A stretch of 64,000 bases of DNA from Marsupella aquatica (Eukaryota > Plantae > Marchantiophyta). The notes beneath the pieces are model-generated. The model saw only the letters and a list, made by a program, of their open reading frames with translations. It was not told where the DNA came from and did not search any database. Where the stretch lies: the NCBI GenBank assembly GCA_973895155.1, contig OZ316894.1, positions 5,728,944 to 5,792,943 on the forward strand, in the 5' to 3' direction. A program made the translations under genes and the position numbers. Of this stretch, positions 1-14,170 are shown piece after piece (within the stretch, counting starts at the first letter, position 1; each line of letters begins with the position of its first letter).

Positions 1-1549
1 TTAGATACTGAGGTTCCCAAATCTCACAAAATCATCTCATAACCGGTTATTCAACAATTTCTGGGTAATGGAATCTGACCGGTGACGACTGCTCTTAGGG
101 TTCCGTGTACTGAAATGGTACGCTATTGGAGTTTCTGCTTCGGGGTCGATCCATGGGAGATTTGCATCTGACAGATTATATTTTAAGGTTTTCTAAGTTT
201 TAGCCATTGTGGTTAATGTTTGCTTGTCTAAAGGAGTAGATTCTAGAAATATTTTTTTTATCAGATTTTACTGAATTAAATCATGACACTCAGATATCCC
301 TAGATTTAAGGAGTAGTGATTCTGGATAATAGGGTCCATGATTTGGTGGAAGTGTGAATAATGGTGTTAGAAAAATCTAGCTAATATTAGCCAAAAGTTG
401 TTACCATTTTTTGGGGACATGGGATTTGGCGAAAATTAGCACTTAAAAAAATAGGATGGCATCTTACCCTCTCACTGTTTAGTCAGGGTCCCGTTAAGCT
501 AGAAAATTGAATAGGAATGAGTTTGAGAAAAGAGCAGTCCTCATCGTCAATGCAAGCCTTTTATTATAACGTTACATTATTACATGGCGAGATAATGCAC
601 ACAGTAAAAAGTGGAAGAGCCCAAAAGAGCCTCGTCACGAAGGTTCAGTACTTCAGTGCACCGACTGGTACTAGAGGAGCAGTACAGTACTACGATGGTA
701 CGTTCGACAGAGACTTCATGCGTCAGTAGTCCGTCGGTCAGTTTGTCCGTCCATCTATCCATCCTCCCTACTGCCCCCGAGGGTGCCCCGACTCCGGTTT
801 ACCGTAGTTCCGTTTGTGAAAGCTGGTCAGCTTGCATCTAATCTAATTAGAGTTCAGGTTCGGGCAGGTTTGGTCGGATCAGGGTCGGTCAGAGCTGGTC
901 GGGGGCGGTCAGGCGAGTCTGGGGGCGTTGATTAGTTTACTGCAGTCTGACGGGTGGTTTCACCGTACTAATCATGGATAGCGTTTTGATTCTAGATTGA
1001 TTCTGAGGATTTATTACGAATCGTTAATTAATCATTATCCACGATTACTACGGCACTGCACCCATTAGCCTCCAGTAATGTGGCAAGTCGGTAATCAATT
1101 AGTTATCGAATCATTTCGAGACGGTGCCGAGTCAGCATGCCGAGTAACACAGAACAGTTGGGAATCTTCGGCGAATATCGTCCTTTTTCTTCGGACCAGT
1201 TATATATCAATCAGCGTTTCCCGAGTTTTTTTTGAGTTTTTTTTGAGTTTTTTAATCCTCTGGGAAGTGCGATTGGCGGTCGCGCGAATCGAACTGAATG
1301 TAACTCGAATACTTAATTAACGAACCAGTTAATTAATTGGATTTTAATTAAGCGAATCTGGCCTGCGCGGTTCAGGTGACCGCTGTACAAGGAGTGGCGC
1401 GAAGGCGGACGGTGAGTTTAACGCGAGGCAGGGCTGGCGGACAGTGAGTTAACTCGACTGCAGTTTTGGGGGCGGGAGTGATGAGAATTGGGAGTGATGA
1501 GAGAAGAGAGAGAGATGAAAGAGAGGGGCGACGAAGTTCTCGAGACAGG

Positions 1550-1554
<5 letters not shown>

Positions 1555-1583
<29 letters not shown>
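1555..1583. repeat. (GA)n microsatellite
   Basis: Uninterrupted gagaga run inside a purine-rich tract at about 1477-1610. Confidence 0.9.
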
Positions 1584-1587
<4 letters not shown>

Positions 1588-2154
1588 GTTTAGGCGCTAG
1601 AGAGGGAAACGCGACGGAGGTGCGATGTGCAGCTGAGATACAGCAGTGAGATGGACCCGACGGTATCTATGGCGGACGCAGTCAGGCCGCTGCTGGTGCT
1701 GGTGGTGTCTGTTGCCATTCGGAATTCCGCAAATGCGTGCTCGGGCGCTCATTCCCTTTGCTGATGATGCTGTGGGGCGGGGACTACTAATAATAATGGC
1801 GCGCCTCTTGAATCCAGACGCTCTAGCCATTCGATTCATTTCATCCCAATCCGGGCACGAAGCGGAGAAAGCGCAGTTTCAGACTTCAGAGCATTGAACA
1901 GAGCAGAGAAGCGGCAGCAGCGTGTGCGTGTTGCTGTTGGCCGTCTCTTCGATCCCTCTCTACGCTCTAGAGCTCTGACGTGCTGCTGCGCGGATTGCTT
2001 GTTGGAATCCTTTCTTTTCTTCTTCTTCTTCCTCGTCATTGTTCCTTGTTTTTACCTTGACTTGCTGCTGCCTTTTGCCCTTTTGCCTTGCCGTGCCCTG
2101 CTTGGCCTGACCCAGTCGCGCCCGGGCCGCTCGCTCGCGTGATTATTGATTACG

Positions 2155-2162
2155 TATAAAAA
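2155..2162 (+). promoter_or_regulatory. Putative TATA box of the DUF506 gene
   Basis: TATAAAAA is followed about 30 nt later by a CT-rich (Y-patch) leader, with a candidate donor AG|GTAATG at 2747. Confidence 0.5.
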
Positions 2163-4202
2163 CTTGGACGCTTTTTCTAATCTGTTTCTGTCTGGCACAT
2201 TGTCATTCATTGTCCTCTTTCCTTGCACGCCGTGACGCCGGTGGCTGCTGCCGCTCTCTCTCTCTCCCTCTCTCTCTCTCTGTGTTCTGTTTTTCTGTCT
2301 CTCGTCTCGCTCTTCGCTCCTTGCCTCGTTGTGGGCTCTCGTACATACGTACAAGGCATCGTACGAGACCACTGCGTCTGCTGTTCCAATCCACATTTAA
2401 GCCTGGTGCCAGGCCGGATGGCTGCTCTTCTCATCCGGGTCATTAAGTGAGCCCCTCTCTCTCTCTCTCCAGTCTCCCTGCTGCCTGTCTCTTCCCTTCC
2501 TTGCTCTCCTGCCTCGGACTTCGCTTTGCCTTGCGTTGTGCTTGAGTTGAGGCCAGCCGTGAGGGTTGTTCGGTCGGGCACGGAGTTTGTGGCTCGCCGT
2601 GCTTGGGTCGGGGTCACGTGCCTGCTTCTGCCACAGCTCGATCTCGTATGGGCGTTGATTATTCGGTGCTCAATCCTCTTGCAGATGTTGGGCTTGGGGT
2701 TGATCCACTCACTCGGTCAAGCAGTCTGGCAGCGAGCAGAGTCTAGGTAATGATCCTCCTCATTCGGGTACGAAGATCGCCCGTTCATAAGCGGAGGTCA
2801 TATTCTACTACTACGCAGCAAGCAGCCACACAGACCAACACACAGGTCGGAGCACGTCTGTTTTGCTGCGTTTGTGGGCCGATCTCGCTATTGGCATGAC
2901 GAGCATACTCGACGACATGCAGATACATTAGAGTTGCTTGTCAAGAGGGCAAACAGATAGACAGATCGGGAGACGGGCCTCGTCACACTTTGGTTCGGTT
3001 TGCGGAGAGGGAGCAGACGAAGGAACGAAAGTAGAGAGAGAAGAGGGAGAAGAGAAGGAACGGAAGAGGAGCAGAGCAGAGCAGTGGAGATTGGAGAGGT
3101 TTGTTTTTTTGGGGGGGGGGGGCGGGGGCGGGGAGAGGGCGGAGGTAGGTCGAGGGCACCTGACTGGATCCGCTTCACGAAGGAGTGTGCCGAGTGAGAT
3201 GGTTTGAGTTTTGAGACGACAGGGTTGATTGGTTCGTCGCTAGTTTTGGGTACTTTTTGACGGGGATTTGTGTTGTTGGAGACGTGTGTCAGATTTTGTA
3301 GCGGGTGTGTCTGTCGTATGAGTGGATCAGCCCTGATTGATTGATTGAGCCTGTGCTGATAGCAGCCAGAATTGACGCAACCACCGTAGGAGGAAAGAAA
3401 GTGTGAAGGATGGAGAGAGGAACAAGCTCGTGCTGCTGAGGTGTTTTGAGGGGAGACAGAGGATCGTTCTTTCTTGGTGAATCTGTTCCTCTCTTGAAGA
3501 GTTTGCTTTACTTTTTTGGATAGCACGTTTCGGTGAGCGTAATAATAGGAAGGACCGGGGCGGAGTCCAGTGAGTGGAGGATTGGATTCCATTTTGTGCT
3601 TCGGTTTCATAGGCGCGGTCTTTTGAGTAGTAAGGGGGCTGGGGGCCAAGTGAAGGATCGGGATTGCGGGTCTCCAGAGAGTGCAGTGGTGTACATAGTA
3701 CGGTGATTTGGTTTGGTATCGGGGTACGACGACGCATGAGGTCGTAACGGATTGTGTATAATTTTATCAGTGGAAGAGGATTGAGGAGTAGCCAGGATTG
3801 AGGAGGAGGGAGACTCGAGTGTGAATGGTGGATCTTTCACTTCTGTTTTTTTGGGGATTAAATCTGATTCTGCCTAATAAAGGGTTGATTGGAGGATCAT
3901 CTGGTCAGGGGGTGGGCATGGTGCTAGCGGATTCAATTTTTTGGTCGCTCGCCCTTGCGTTTCCCGTTCTCCCAATCAGATTCCAGAGTACGAAGCACTT
4001 CTACTTTGATGTTCTACTGTAGCATTCGGCAAACCAGCTTTTTCTCTTTGTCCAATTCGGAGGTTGAACAGGGGCAGAAGGCTGCCTGGTCGTAGAAGGA
4101 AGTGTTTTGGCTGTCTGTCTGGGCTCTCGCTCGCTCTCTTCTTCCCATTCTACCCGTCGGTAACTTCAGAGGATCACCATTTCGAACCGTTCAGTTCTTA
4201 AG

Positions 4203-5881
4203 ATGCCCGGCCTTGCATACAATGGGCCATTCATCCATCATGTGGATGTCAATTCGAACCATCACCAGCACGGTGATTTGTCTGGGCCCGAAGTTGTGGA
4301 TGCTCATTGGGACGGTCTGAATCTGCCTTTTGTACAACTCCCGAATGTAGGGGCGCTGCCATTTTTTCCCAAAAAGCATAAGGCTTGCTGGCCGGCGCAA
4401 TCCGAATCACCATGGCTGACGATCAAGGAGCAGCAGGCCAAGTTTTTGAGCTCAGAACTCGCCAATGAGAAGGGTCCTAAGCACCACACCAGTAGCGGTG
4501 AAAGTGAGGCCGATCTTCAAGCCATGGTGATGGATTTCATGGAGAATGACTCCTGCGACATATGGGACAACATGAGTGACACTGACAATGGCATGATGCC
4601 CATTGAGAAATTTTGCGAGAATTTAAAGGTGACTTCAATTGTCCACTCTTGCTTAACCCCAAATCTGGCCTGTGATATCCAATATTTGCCATCGTGATCC
4701 GATTTTGGTTTTACTTGCCTGGAAAAGGCCAGCTTGTTGTTTACGTAGAGATGGTGATACGCGATGAGGCGTACGAAAGATCTGCAATTACTGCCCATTC
4801 AAGAAGTCGAGTCCTAATGTTTTACAGTTCTGGTTTGTTCTGTTCAGGTTTTGACATCTTCTACAGACACCCCTGACAGGGAGCTTCTTGCCAATGTGAC
4901 TCTGGTAGTTTTAGACATCAACGAGGACACTGATCTGATTCACAGCAGTGATCCCTCCGAGTGTAAAGGAAGCTGTACGCGTCGATATGTCGTTAAGTAT
5001 CTACGATCGAATGGTTACAATGCGGGAATGTGTAAATCTCAATGGCCCTACTCGGGCAGAGTCCCCAGAGGTAAGAATCATTCCTGGCTCTGTTCTGGTC
5101 TTACGGTCTTCACGAGTAGCACTGATTAGAATGTCCACGACTTGTTCCGACACTTGCTTGCATATTCTGTATCTAACGTACGTGAATGAGGCATCAATAT
5201 ATAGCAACCATCACGATAACCGTTCCGTTCGAGTCGTGTGATTCTTCCTCCACGTGATCTGTAGTATAGTTGTAGAAGATTATTCGTGTGGCTTTCTAAA
5301 ACGAAATTTAACAAATCTTTTCGTTGTGCTCAACAGGGGAATACGAATACATTGATGTTATGTTTGAAGGAGAACGGACTGCGAACGAGCGCTTCATTGT
5401 GGATATAGATTTTAAGGCTCAGTTTCAGATCGCAAGGCCCACTCAGCATTACTTGGCGGCGCTTCAATCGTTACCTGCTATATTCGTCGGGTCGACTGCC
5501 AAGCTCGAGCAGGTGCTAGAAATGATGTGCGAAGCTGCGAAGTGCTCCATCAAGCAGAACAGCATGCATCTTCCTCCGTGGCGAACCGTCGAGTACATGA
5601 AGGCGAAGTGGCTGTCTCCGTCCCCCGAGAGACGAACGAGCGACCTCCAAGTTTCATCTGTGCAGACGGCTCCCTGCAGTTTTCATCGGCGCAGCGGGGC
5701 AGGCATTCAGCAGGTTCCCAACTCCATTCGAACAAAAGAATGTGGCGAGCAGCTCAGGCGGACCAAAGTGTCTCTTCTTGCCGAGGTGAAAGGATCTGCA
5801 ATCCCTGCAATAGCAACTCACGGCAAAGTCAGTAGAGCGAATCTGTTGAGGAAAAGACCACCCAACTGGACGAAGTACTGA
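4203..5881 (+). CDS. Plant DUF506 / PDDEXK-like family protein; exons 4203-4628, 4848-5070, 5337-5881
   Basis: Family motifs DLxAMVxDFME, YLRSNGYNAGMCKSQW, GEYEYIDV, RFIVDIDFKAQFQIARPT and MHLPPWRTVEYMKAKW are present. GT-AG introns 4629-4847 and 5071-5336 join the three ORF pieces in frame (phases 0 and 1). Confidence 0.93.
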
Positions 5882-7649
5882 ACACCGAACCACACCACCA
5901 CGGCAAACTACATCAATCACACGATGCCACTACAACAGGCAGACGGCGAGTAAGCAAACTTAACAAATTTTGGGCGGTAACCCTTCCACACTGGCATTAC
6001 AACTGTGCATAAGGCCAGTTCGATTAGCAATAGAGGCTGACTTTACTTGGCCACGGCTCCCAAATAACCGGACAACTGTAACGAGATAACAAACCCTTTA
6101 AAGGATTGGTGCTTTCTTCCAGGTGCCTCTAGCATCAAAGGATCTAGCAGGTTTTTCTAGTGAAGTACTGGATTAGGATGGGTGCCTATCGTTTGTATAG
6201 TAGAGCACATAATAGTTGAGAATCACCCCACCCATAGCAGATTTCCTCCATACAAGCGTGACATTCATCATCAAAATAATGTTTCATAAGTAATAAATTG
6301 AAGCTAGCCAACGAACTTAAGACTTGGCTACTTTTAATAATCTCTCGACCGGTCTTCCATCAGGGCCTGATCGCTACTGAAATACGATTTTTTTGTAATG
6401 GGCCATTATCTGGCGATGTAAACGTTTACTCGCTTGATCTGATCGCGCATCATTCGAGCTAACATTCTTTTTGTATTGAGTTGGAAGAATTTTGAAAGGG
6501 GCCTTTCATATCTCCATCTTTTTTTCATGAAAATAAAGCAAGCTGGTATCCGGCTTCACACTCTTTGTCTGCTTTGTGTACCCGAAGCACCTTCCTTTGC
6601 GCGTGCTGCTCGGTTTTGTGTAGAGTTTGGTCACACGGATACATATTGCACTGCTTGTTATCGTGTTCTGAGCTTATAAAATTGCCACTTTGCATTTCAG
6701 TCATTGTTCCAGTTTGGGACCGGGAACTTATGATCGTGTGACTGATCTCGTTGCGTAGAGACCTACTAACCTTTGCTTCCCAGGCACGAGATGGGAACAT
6801 CGTACAGCACAGAATTGTCCTCTCACCTGTCGATGCGTGTTTCTCCCTCAAATCTAGATTTGGGATTCGGTTCGGGTACCCAGGCAGATCAGAGGTCGGA
6901 GTGTCTTGGGGGCAAGCTCAACGTTTTGCTGTGCATGGGTGGTCCTCGAGGTAGGAGGCATGGTCGTGGAATCCTGGATAATCCGTACTTTCGTCTCAGG
7001 ACAGAAATAAGGTGCAGCAGCTCAAACTTCACTCTCGAGTCACTACCTACTTGGTGGGAAGGACGAGGTAGGAAGTGTACGGCTTTATAATCGGTGTACG
7101 AAGCAGAGCTCATGCAGGATTCTCGATTCAATTCACTTGTCAGCTCGTACGTCCTTCTCTATGCGTCGTCTTGTGGGTAGGAGCAACCTCGTAAGGATTG
7201 ACAGGCTTGTCTGAACCGAACCTCTTTAGGATTGACAGGCTCGTCTGAACCGTTCTCCGTATCTGTTCATGTCTAGTAGTCGTAGGCACTCTGCATAGAA
7301 GGCGAGGGCTGCAACGTACTTTGCCTTCTCGTAGGTTCGGGGGTTCATTTACTAATGAGATCTGTAAGGATGAAGTACATGCCTGTTTTGTGTGCAGGGT
7401 GCTGGCTGGTTTTCTTCAGTTGTCTTGTAGGAGACTGGGTCGGTTGGAATCGGTTGGAATACCCTCTCTGATGCACTCCTGTCGGTTTTGAGACCTACGA
7501 GACGTAAGTGGAGAGTCTTGCTGACGTCCATGAACATCTTACTCAACTTTGCGAAGTGCAAAAGTTTCCATGTACATCTTACACGTGCCAACTTGATGGA
7601 GTGGTAAGACGATACCGCAAGTTGCTAGACAGGATTTGGTGTTCCTCTT

Positions 7650-9450
7650 GCCAATTGGAGGAAGCCTTGTGAAAGGGTAAAGAGCAGATTGCACGACATA
7701 AGGTCTTTATGTGGGTGTCACCTTCCTCCTCGTTAGCAGTGAGCTACATATCTTCTTGAGATCAAAGTCAAGGTCAGGCTTTGTGTATTGCGTCTGGAAG
7801 AGAAATTATGGCGCCGGTCTGTACCCCTGAAGAAGTTGACTGAGAGCAGTTATTTCATCCGAGTGATTTTGTGTCCTCGTTTCCATTTCTCTTACATCGA
7901 GTTCTCATCACTTTTCACATAGGATGGGTTGCAGTGAGTATCGCCGGGATCAAAACTATGTTTTAGTGTGCGAATTATTGCACAAACGGAGTTTTCCTCA
8001 GCAAGACTGATTTGCAAATCACTGGAATCATGAGCCACATGAGCATATCATGTTGTGCACCCGGACAACATGTGGTTTTGGAAAGGGACGTTAGTTGGGT
8101 CGTCATGACTACCATCAGCTGTCAGATGGATATTGATGGTTTGAGTTCTATTCACTCTCTCCAAATCGGTCATGTGCAGCTCTTCCAGGTGATGCACATA
8201 GGAATCGTCACCGAAGCGACCCATACCATCCTCTGTTGGAAGGCGAAAGAAGTTTTCCCAGTATCACGTTTTGCTGGCATGGTGTTTTCTATCTTGAATG
8301 TACAGTTGTACCACAGAAAAGCAGTAGATAGCTTGTTGTCGTCCGTCTAGCACATTAAGAAGATGATGGTGTGGCCGAGTGGCTTGCGAGCAAACTCTTG
8401 CAAAGCATCGACTACTTTTGCTGGCAAATCTACCTACCAAAACCCATGACTACATTTTCTTTGGGCTGAAAATTAAGGTTTGTTGGATATTAGTGTGATT
8501 CAGACTACTACTTATGGCTTGGGCAAAATAGTCGAAGGTAATGTGTAATCTCTTTTTCAAGTAGTTCAGAATTGTGTGTAGCCTTCATTTTTATCCGATT
8601 CAAGTACCGACCAGACTAAGTGTTGTGGGAGGTGTACAGGTTTATCACATGAGTTTTTCGTGCTACAATGCAATTAAAGCCAGCAAGGTGGTATTCCATA
8701 CAAATGAGACAATATCTCAGTATCATTCCAGTGAGCCGCTCAACTAAAAATACAGTCAGTATTCATAGAGATGTGTTTTCCAGAAGTGAGGCGTAGAGTC
8801 CAGGTGAATTCATTCGCCAGTCCTGTGAATGAGGACTGCCAGTTGTATTGACTGGATCCTACTTCTCTAGCTTTCTGCAATGGTTTGTTTCTCTTCGCAC
8901 AGCTTGGAGGGCAATTGCGCTCTCCGAATCGAATCGAGTTGTGGACCCATCTATACTGTACTGTATATGTGTGCACAAGGTGCAACTGCACTGACTCATG
9001 CGCATGCCACTGCACTTCCAACGCTGCTATTGTTTTTAGAAGCTGATTGCGAACGGGGAAGTGAACCTTGTGACTCGAGCAAAGCAGAATACGGGGCATA
9101 CTGCTTATCTGGAGCTCATCCCGTTACCTAGATTCTTATCAATTTAGAGTTTGCAATACATAGAATGGGGCGGAAGTGGCCAGAAGTTATTTCTGGAGGT
9201 ACCACATATCCTCTCTTGAAGTTAAAGCAGGGGATATCTAGTCTAAGATTGAAATCCCATCTTTCATGCCAGTGGGTGTTGGCCACTGGCACAGGCAGAC
9301 TCTCTCGGTATGCCATGCCTTGCGAAGGTTTGCCTCTGGACGTCAACCTCTGCATAGGTGCGAATTGAACCAGGCATCTCCTGATTGGGTTAATGTGGCA
9401 ATTACTCCTAGAAGACCCTGAGAAGTAAACGAGGTTGGATATGCAGATTC
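7650..9450 (-). mobile_element. Possible highly decayed Mutator-like (MULE) transposase relic
   Basis: Minus-strand fragments in mixed frames occur in MULE order: RKAWH (~9320), ERICG...LP...NLG, SIDG (~8950), and SWIM-like HVVRVHNMICSCGS (~8050). There are many stops, so the matches may be chance. Confidence 0.3.
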
Positions 9451-12400
9451 TTTTATCATTTGATTTACTGGTATGTGTAAAGACGAGGCTTCTCGCGCTG
9501 TATCACTCTTAAAATAGAAGAGTTAGAGAGCAGGTGCCATTTTTGGGGCAGCTTGTTTTCAAGTTCGAACCTCTGAAGTGAACTTTCGAGAATGAATGAA
9601 GTCAATGTCGACAGCGACCCAGTTGTCATACAGGACCCACGAAGCACAACCATTCTTGAGACTCAAAACTCGCAGATCGGACCTAGCGAGTAGAAAGCAC
9701 GAACGATCTACTACTCTCTAGAGTTGATCAAAGATTCATGATCTCAATAAGATGTGTGATGAATGTACGTGAAATTCTGACTGATGCACAACTCTGCAAA
9801 GGTGGCTAAGCTCGGGTCTAGCTAGGCCTTGTCTCAATGGGAACTACTGACAAGAAGAAGCTCTGGCTCAGTCTGCCAGCTGCCTTTCATCCAGCTGCCT
9901 CTCATCCTCCGATCGAATTTTTTCTCCACCGACGAACCAGTCTAGTCTGTCTTCCATAGGTGTGATTTTTCATGGAGCTTGGTTGGCAGCTGGGGCCGTT
10001 ATGGGAGAGAGGTAGCCGCTAACTCGTGAACAGCAACGCTAGGATTCCATCGAATAAACTCCAGAGGCGTTGTTGAGAAAAAAGCCCAGGGTCATGGATC
10101 AAGTTGTGTATCGAGGGCGCTTGTTCTTCAGCATGTCCAGAAATTGGACTTGTCGGACTCTACATCTGTTATTCTTCATGGGTAACGATGAGCAAGACCA
10201 TTCTTTCGTGACAAATTTCAATCCAGGGCCTTTACGTGCTCCCTTTCCTAGCAGCAACAGCGATCTTCCAAGCAGACGGGAAAGTTCGTGAATTCGTCAA
10301 CTGGAGTGAGCAGAAGTCTATTCAACGAGGACAATGTGATGTCATCTGGAATGCAATGTCTTTGGCATTTGGATTGTAGTGATGGCCAATTTTCCACGCA
10401 ACAATCTGTGTCTGATGCCGTTTGGATCATGAGGTCTTGCATGTTTGGAGTGTAGCAGAGTGGAAGAAATCTTCCAGTGTGGAGGTTGAGTTTCACACTG
10501 CATTTCAATTCAAACGCAAGACTGTCGTTTCCAATGCTGTTAGATAACTATACTTTCCTTCTGTTTTGGAGGAGTGCAATTTCTTGACCTCCATTAAGTT
10601 TGTTTTGTTTCGTTCATTTTATTCTGTTCATTTTATTTGTATTTTGTCAAGTTTGTTTTGTTTATTTTTATTTTATTTTATTTTATTCTGTTCATTTTAT
10701 TTTGATTTTGTCATCTGCCTTACTCAACTGATTTGCATGTCTCTAGATCCCAAATGGTTTCAGATCTTGCAGCACATTGCAAGCCACCCATTCTGTTTGT
10801 TCTTGGAACTCCCGGCTAGCTTTTAGCTTGGATGGGATCTCTATCCCAAACCTTTTGCTTGGATAGGATTCCTAAGCTTGTATGGGAAAAAGACATGCAT
10901 GTTAGCTAGAATGATATGGCTCTACTTTCACACTAAAAGGAGTTTGGGATCCCATCTCCATCCACTAGAGGTTTAAATGGAGACGTCATTGAGCCCATTC
11001 CTCCCTTCTTTGATCTCAATGGTCCCCATGCCTAGATTTCATGAGGGGCTCCCATCCACCAAACTATTGCATTTCCTTTCCACCTAACTAACAGTGAACT
11101 TGTTGCTCTATAACTGTTTCTATTTGCACTCTGTTACTGGTTGTTTCTCTTGTTGAAGTTGTGAAATTGTTTGTATTTTGGCTTGTTGTAATGAATGAAA
11201 ACGTTTTTAAGGAAATACCATTTCTAAAAGGAGCTGAAGAGAAGTCATGATGTGGAGACCGAGTTGAAAAATGGGGTAGACTATTAAGCCGTATATGAAG
11301 GCATATTATATATTGGGGTATTGAAGTTTGAAGTGTACTGAGTTGAGTGCCCAATGTGGTACACTAACGTTGTCAGTAAAGGCAACACTTAATTGGCCTA
11401 GGCAGCACCTACTTTGAAAAGGTGTGACAAGCCCTCTAAAACATCACAATCATGTCTCTGGGGCTTACTGACCTCACAAGTACGACATTGGCTCACTGCA
11501 GGGGATGTTTTTTTGGGCAGAGTATGGCGTGGCTCAAGCATACCTTTTGTTTGATTTGTTGTCCCATTGATGTTACTTAAGGGTTAGCTTATTATATTTT
11601 TTAGTGTGGTCCTGGTCTAATTAAAATACCCCTATTTAGGATGAGAATATTTTATAAATAATTTTACTTGCTTTGAATGATCTGTTGTACCTTCGTAAAG
11701 GTATACAATAAGAAATGTTCGTTGTTTTTGTGTTGCAACCAACTAATTTCACTTCCTACAATTTATAAACCTTTGGTCAAAATGTGATGAACACCTATTT
11801 CAAATTGCACATGATGCCTACTAATTTTTATACAGTAGATCCCCCAAGTGATGTTAGTGTCTTGAGGTTAGTCTTAACCACATTTGTCCATTATGGATAA
11901 CACCATGAAAATATGGTTCTTAAGTCAACATATTTGCATGGAGGTTACTTCTCCAAAACTTCATCTCACCTGATTTGATTTTCCAGATAAAGTTGCCAAG
12001 AAGTGGATTTGTCAAGAGAGGTTTCATTGGTTAGGATTGTCCATACAAGTTCAGATTAAGGTTTGCCAAGAATAGTATATAGTTTCCATAGCATCAACTA
12101 TAGTCAACTATCTTAAGGTTTGTCAAAAGAACAATGCACCAACTATATCACATAGGCTTCTCCTCACCGTCAATCTATATACTGTTAGATAGAATACTAC
12201 GGTAGACCTTAAATACCTTGGTCCCACCTCAGCTTGCCCTGGCCCAAGTTACAATAATTCTGATTTGAAGACTTCAGCATTATCTGTCCCGATACCTCAG
12301 TGACACAAGCCAGTTTTGGGGTTGTGTGGGCATTGTGTATCCCCACATTGTTTTCATAGCCTGTCTGCCCATTTTCTTTGAATATTAATAGAAAATTGAC

Positions 12401-13989
12401 AAAAATGTATCATGTCAAATGCATGTTGATTGACATACAAAACATCTCACCTTATTCTATTCCATCCACATACATTTTAGTGGGGTCCTGGAGTCACAGT
12501 CTAGGGGCTTCACTCTAGAAGCCTAGACTCCTACTCTAGCTTCTGATGGCAATTTATTAGTAACATGTGGGGGCCCAAATTGAAATGTCTACTGTCTAGT
12601 GTTTTCAACCAATTTCTATAGCGTCACATATGATCATCCTTGTCCTGGCTGCCAAGCATTTCAACACCTTGCTCTACACCACATGTTTGTATCTGAACAA
12701 GCCTAGAGACATCCCTTCCCTATCCCTGCCCTGGACAGTGCCATTGACAAGATTGCTAGATCTGAATGAGCAGGATGGTGCAAACCTACCACTAACTCTG
12801 CATCATGGGACGGTCTAAGTCTCCCAATGGCTTGCAAAGTTATCTGATAGCAGCTGCGGGCATAAAAACACATGTGGATGCATGCTCAAATTTCTCCCTA
12901 TTACAAACTCCTTCAAAACCTACAATTTCCTTTGAAATCCCCATCTCAATGGGTAAGGAAACATGATCTGGTAGCCAGTGCCAAAGATGCTCTGACTTGG
13001 CACTTGACTGCGGACATCCGTTCTATGTTTGGAGCGGATGTGAGTGGAAAGCTTGCTGGTTACTGTAGCCATGTCCTACAATAGTTGCCCAGAGGGTTTC
13101 CTGTGCTAAACCTGTCCCTTCACCTGTAACATCACACTTCCATAACCATACTTAAACTTTGAAGTCTCCTGTTGTGAAGTTGATGTTTGTGACACCCCCA
13201 ATGTACAACCAGCCTTTCATTTAAAGTTTGCTCCAGAGTAGACGAGAGGCTTTCACCTCAAACAGCTCTCACCTTTGATCTCCACTTATAACTATGAACT
13301 TTACATCCTATGATTCAAATCTCTATGGGAGGGACCACCCGAAGGCGTTGTAGCATAAATTTACTAGCTTACCTGAGATGGATTCATAACTAAATGCCGG
13401 GATTACTCCCAGCCAGGATAAGCTTCATTCTGTTCCGAATAATGGAGATACAAACTTGGTGGCTGAAAGATTGCCAAGTAGCCACACCAAGATTGCACCA
13501 AGGTGGGGGCATCAGGCATCAGGCAACCACAAACCCATCGCTGCCATCTTGTGGGGTACAAAACTTTACAGCAATTCCTTAGTCCCCAACGGCACATTTT
13601 TTATGGTTTTTTTGTTTCTTGCCACTCAGAGTGGCAAATGTCACCAGATGCTAAGAAAATTCCTTACCAAATTTTACCGAATGTCTGACCATTAGCTCTC
13701 TACTTCTTTAACATTAACTGTCAGATTTTGATTATTGGCGTAATTGGCTAATTTGAACCAAAAGTGGCAAATACTTTTTAGGGAAATTATGTCTGGATAG
13801 ATCAAGACATTGTCACTGCTCATCTATGTTTGACCTCAATTTTTTCCAGCAATGCTCTCTTATATCCAATCTATTACTTGGATTGGATATCCAAACTGCT
13901 TGACACTCTTCTAAGACCATGTGCTCCATTTTCAATGACACACGAAGGTAGTCAAATACAAGTACAGATCAACTGAAAATGGAAGTTTC

Positions 13990-14170
13990 ATTTCTGTGAA
14001 CAATGCCTTGAGTAGCTCAAGCATGAGCAAAAACTTACCACTTTTAAGAAGGACGTTTCACATTTGTGAAAGATGCTATGAGTAGCTTGGGCATGAGCAA
14101 CCACCCACTTTTTGTCAAATACATGTCACTTTTGTGAAGGAACCCCTGAGTAGTTTGGGCAAAAGAGACC
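13990..14170. repeat. Degenerate ~70-bp tandem repeat (3 copies)
   Basis: Recurring tgtgaa...tgagtagctt/c...gcatgagcaa...ccactttt unit. Confidence 0.6.

Noticed and set aside
2888-3649. 253-aa minus-strand ORF
   Set aside because: It is the antisense of a G/A/T-rich leader, has low-complexity Pro/Ser/Leu content, a non-ATG start and no family motif.
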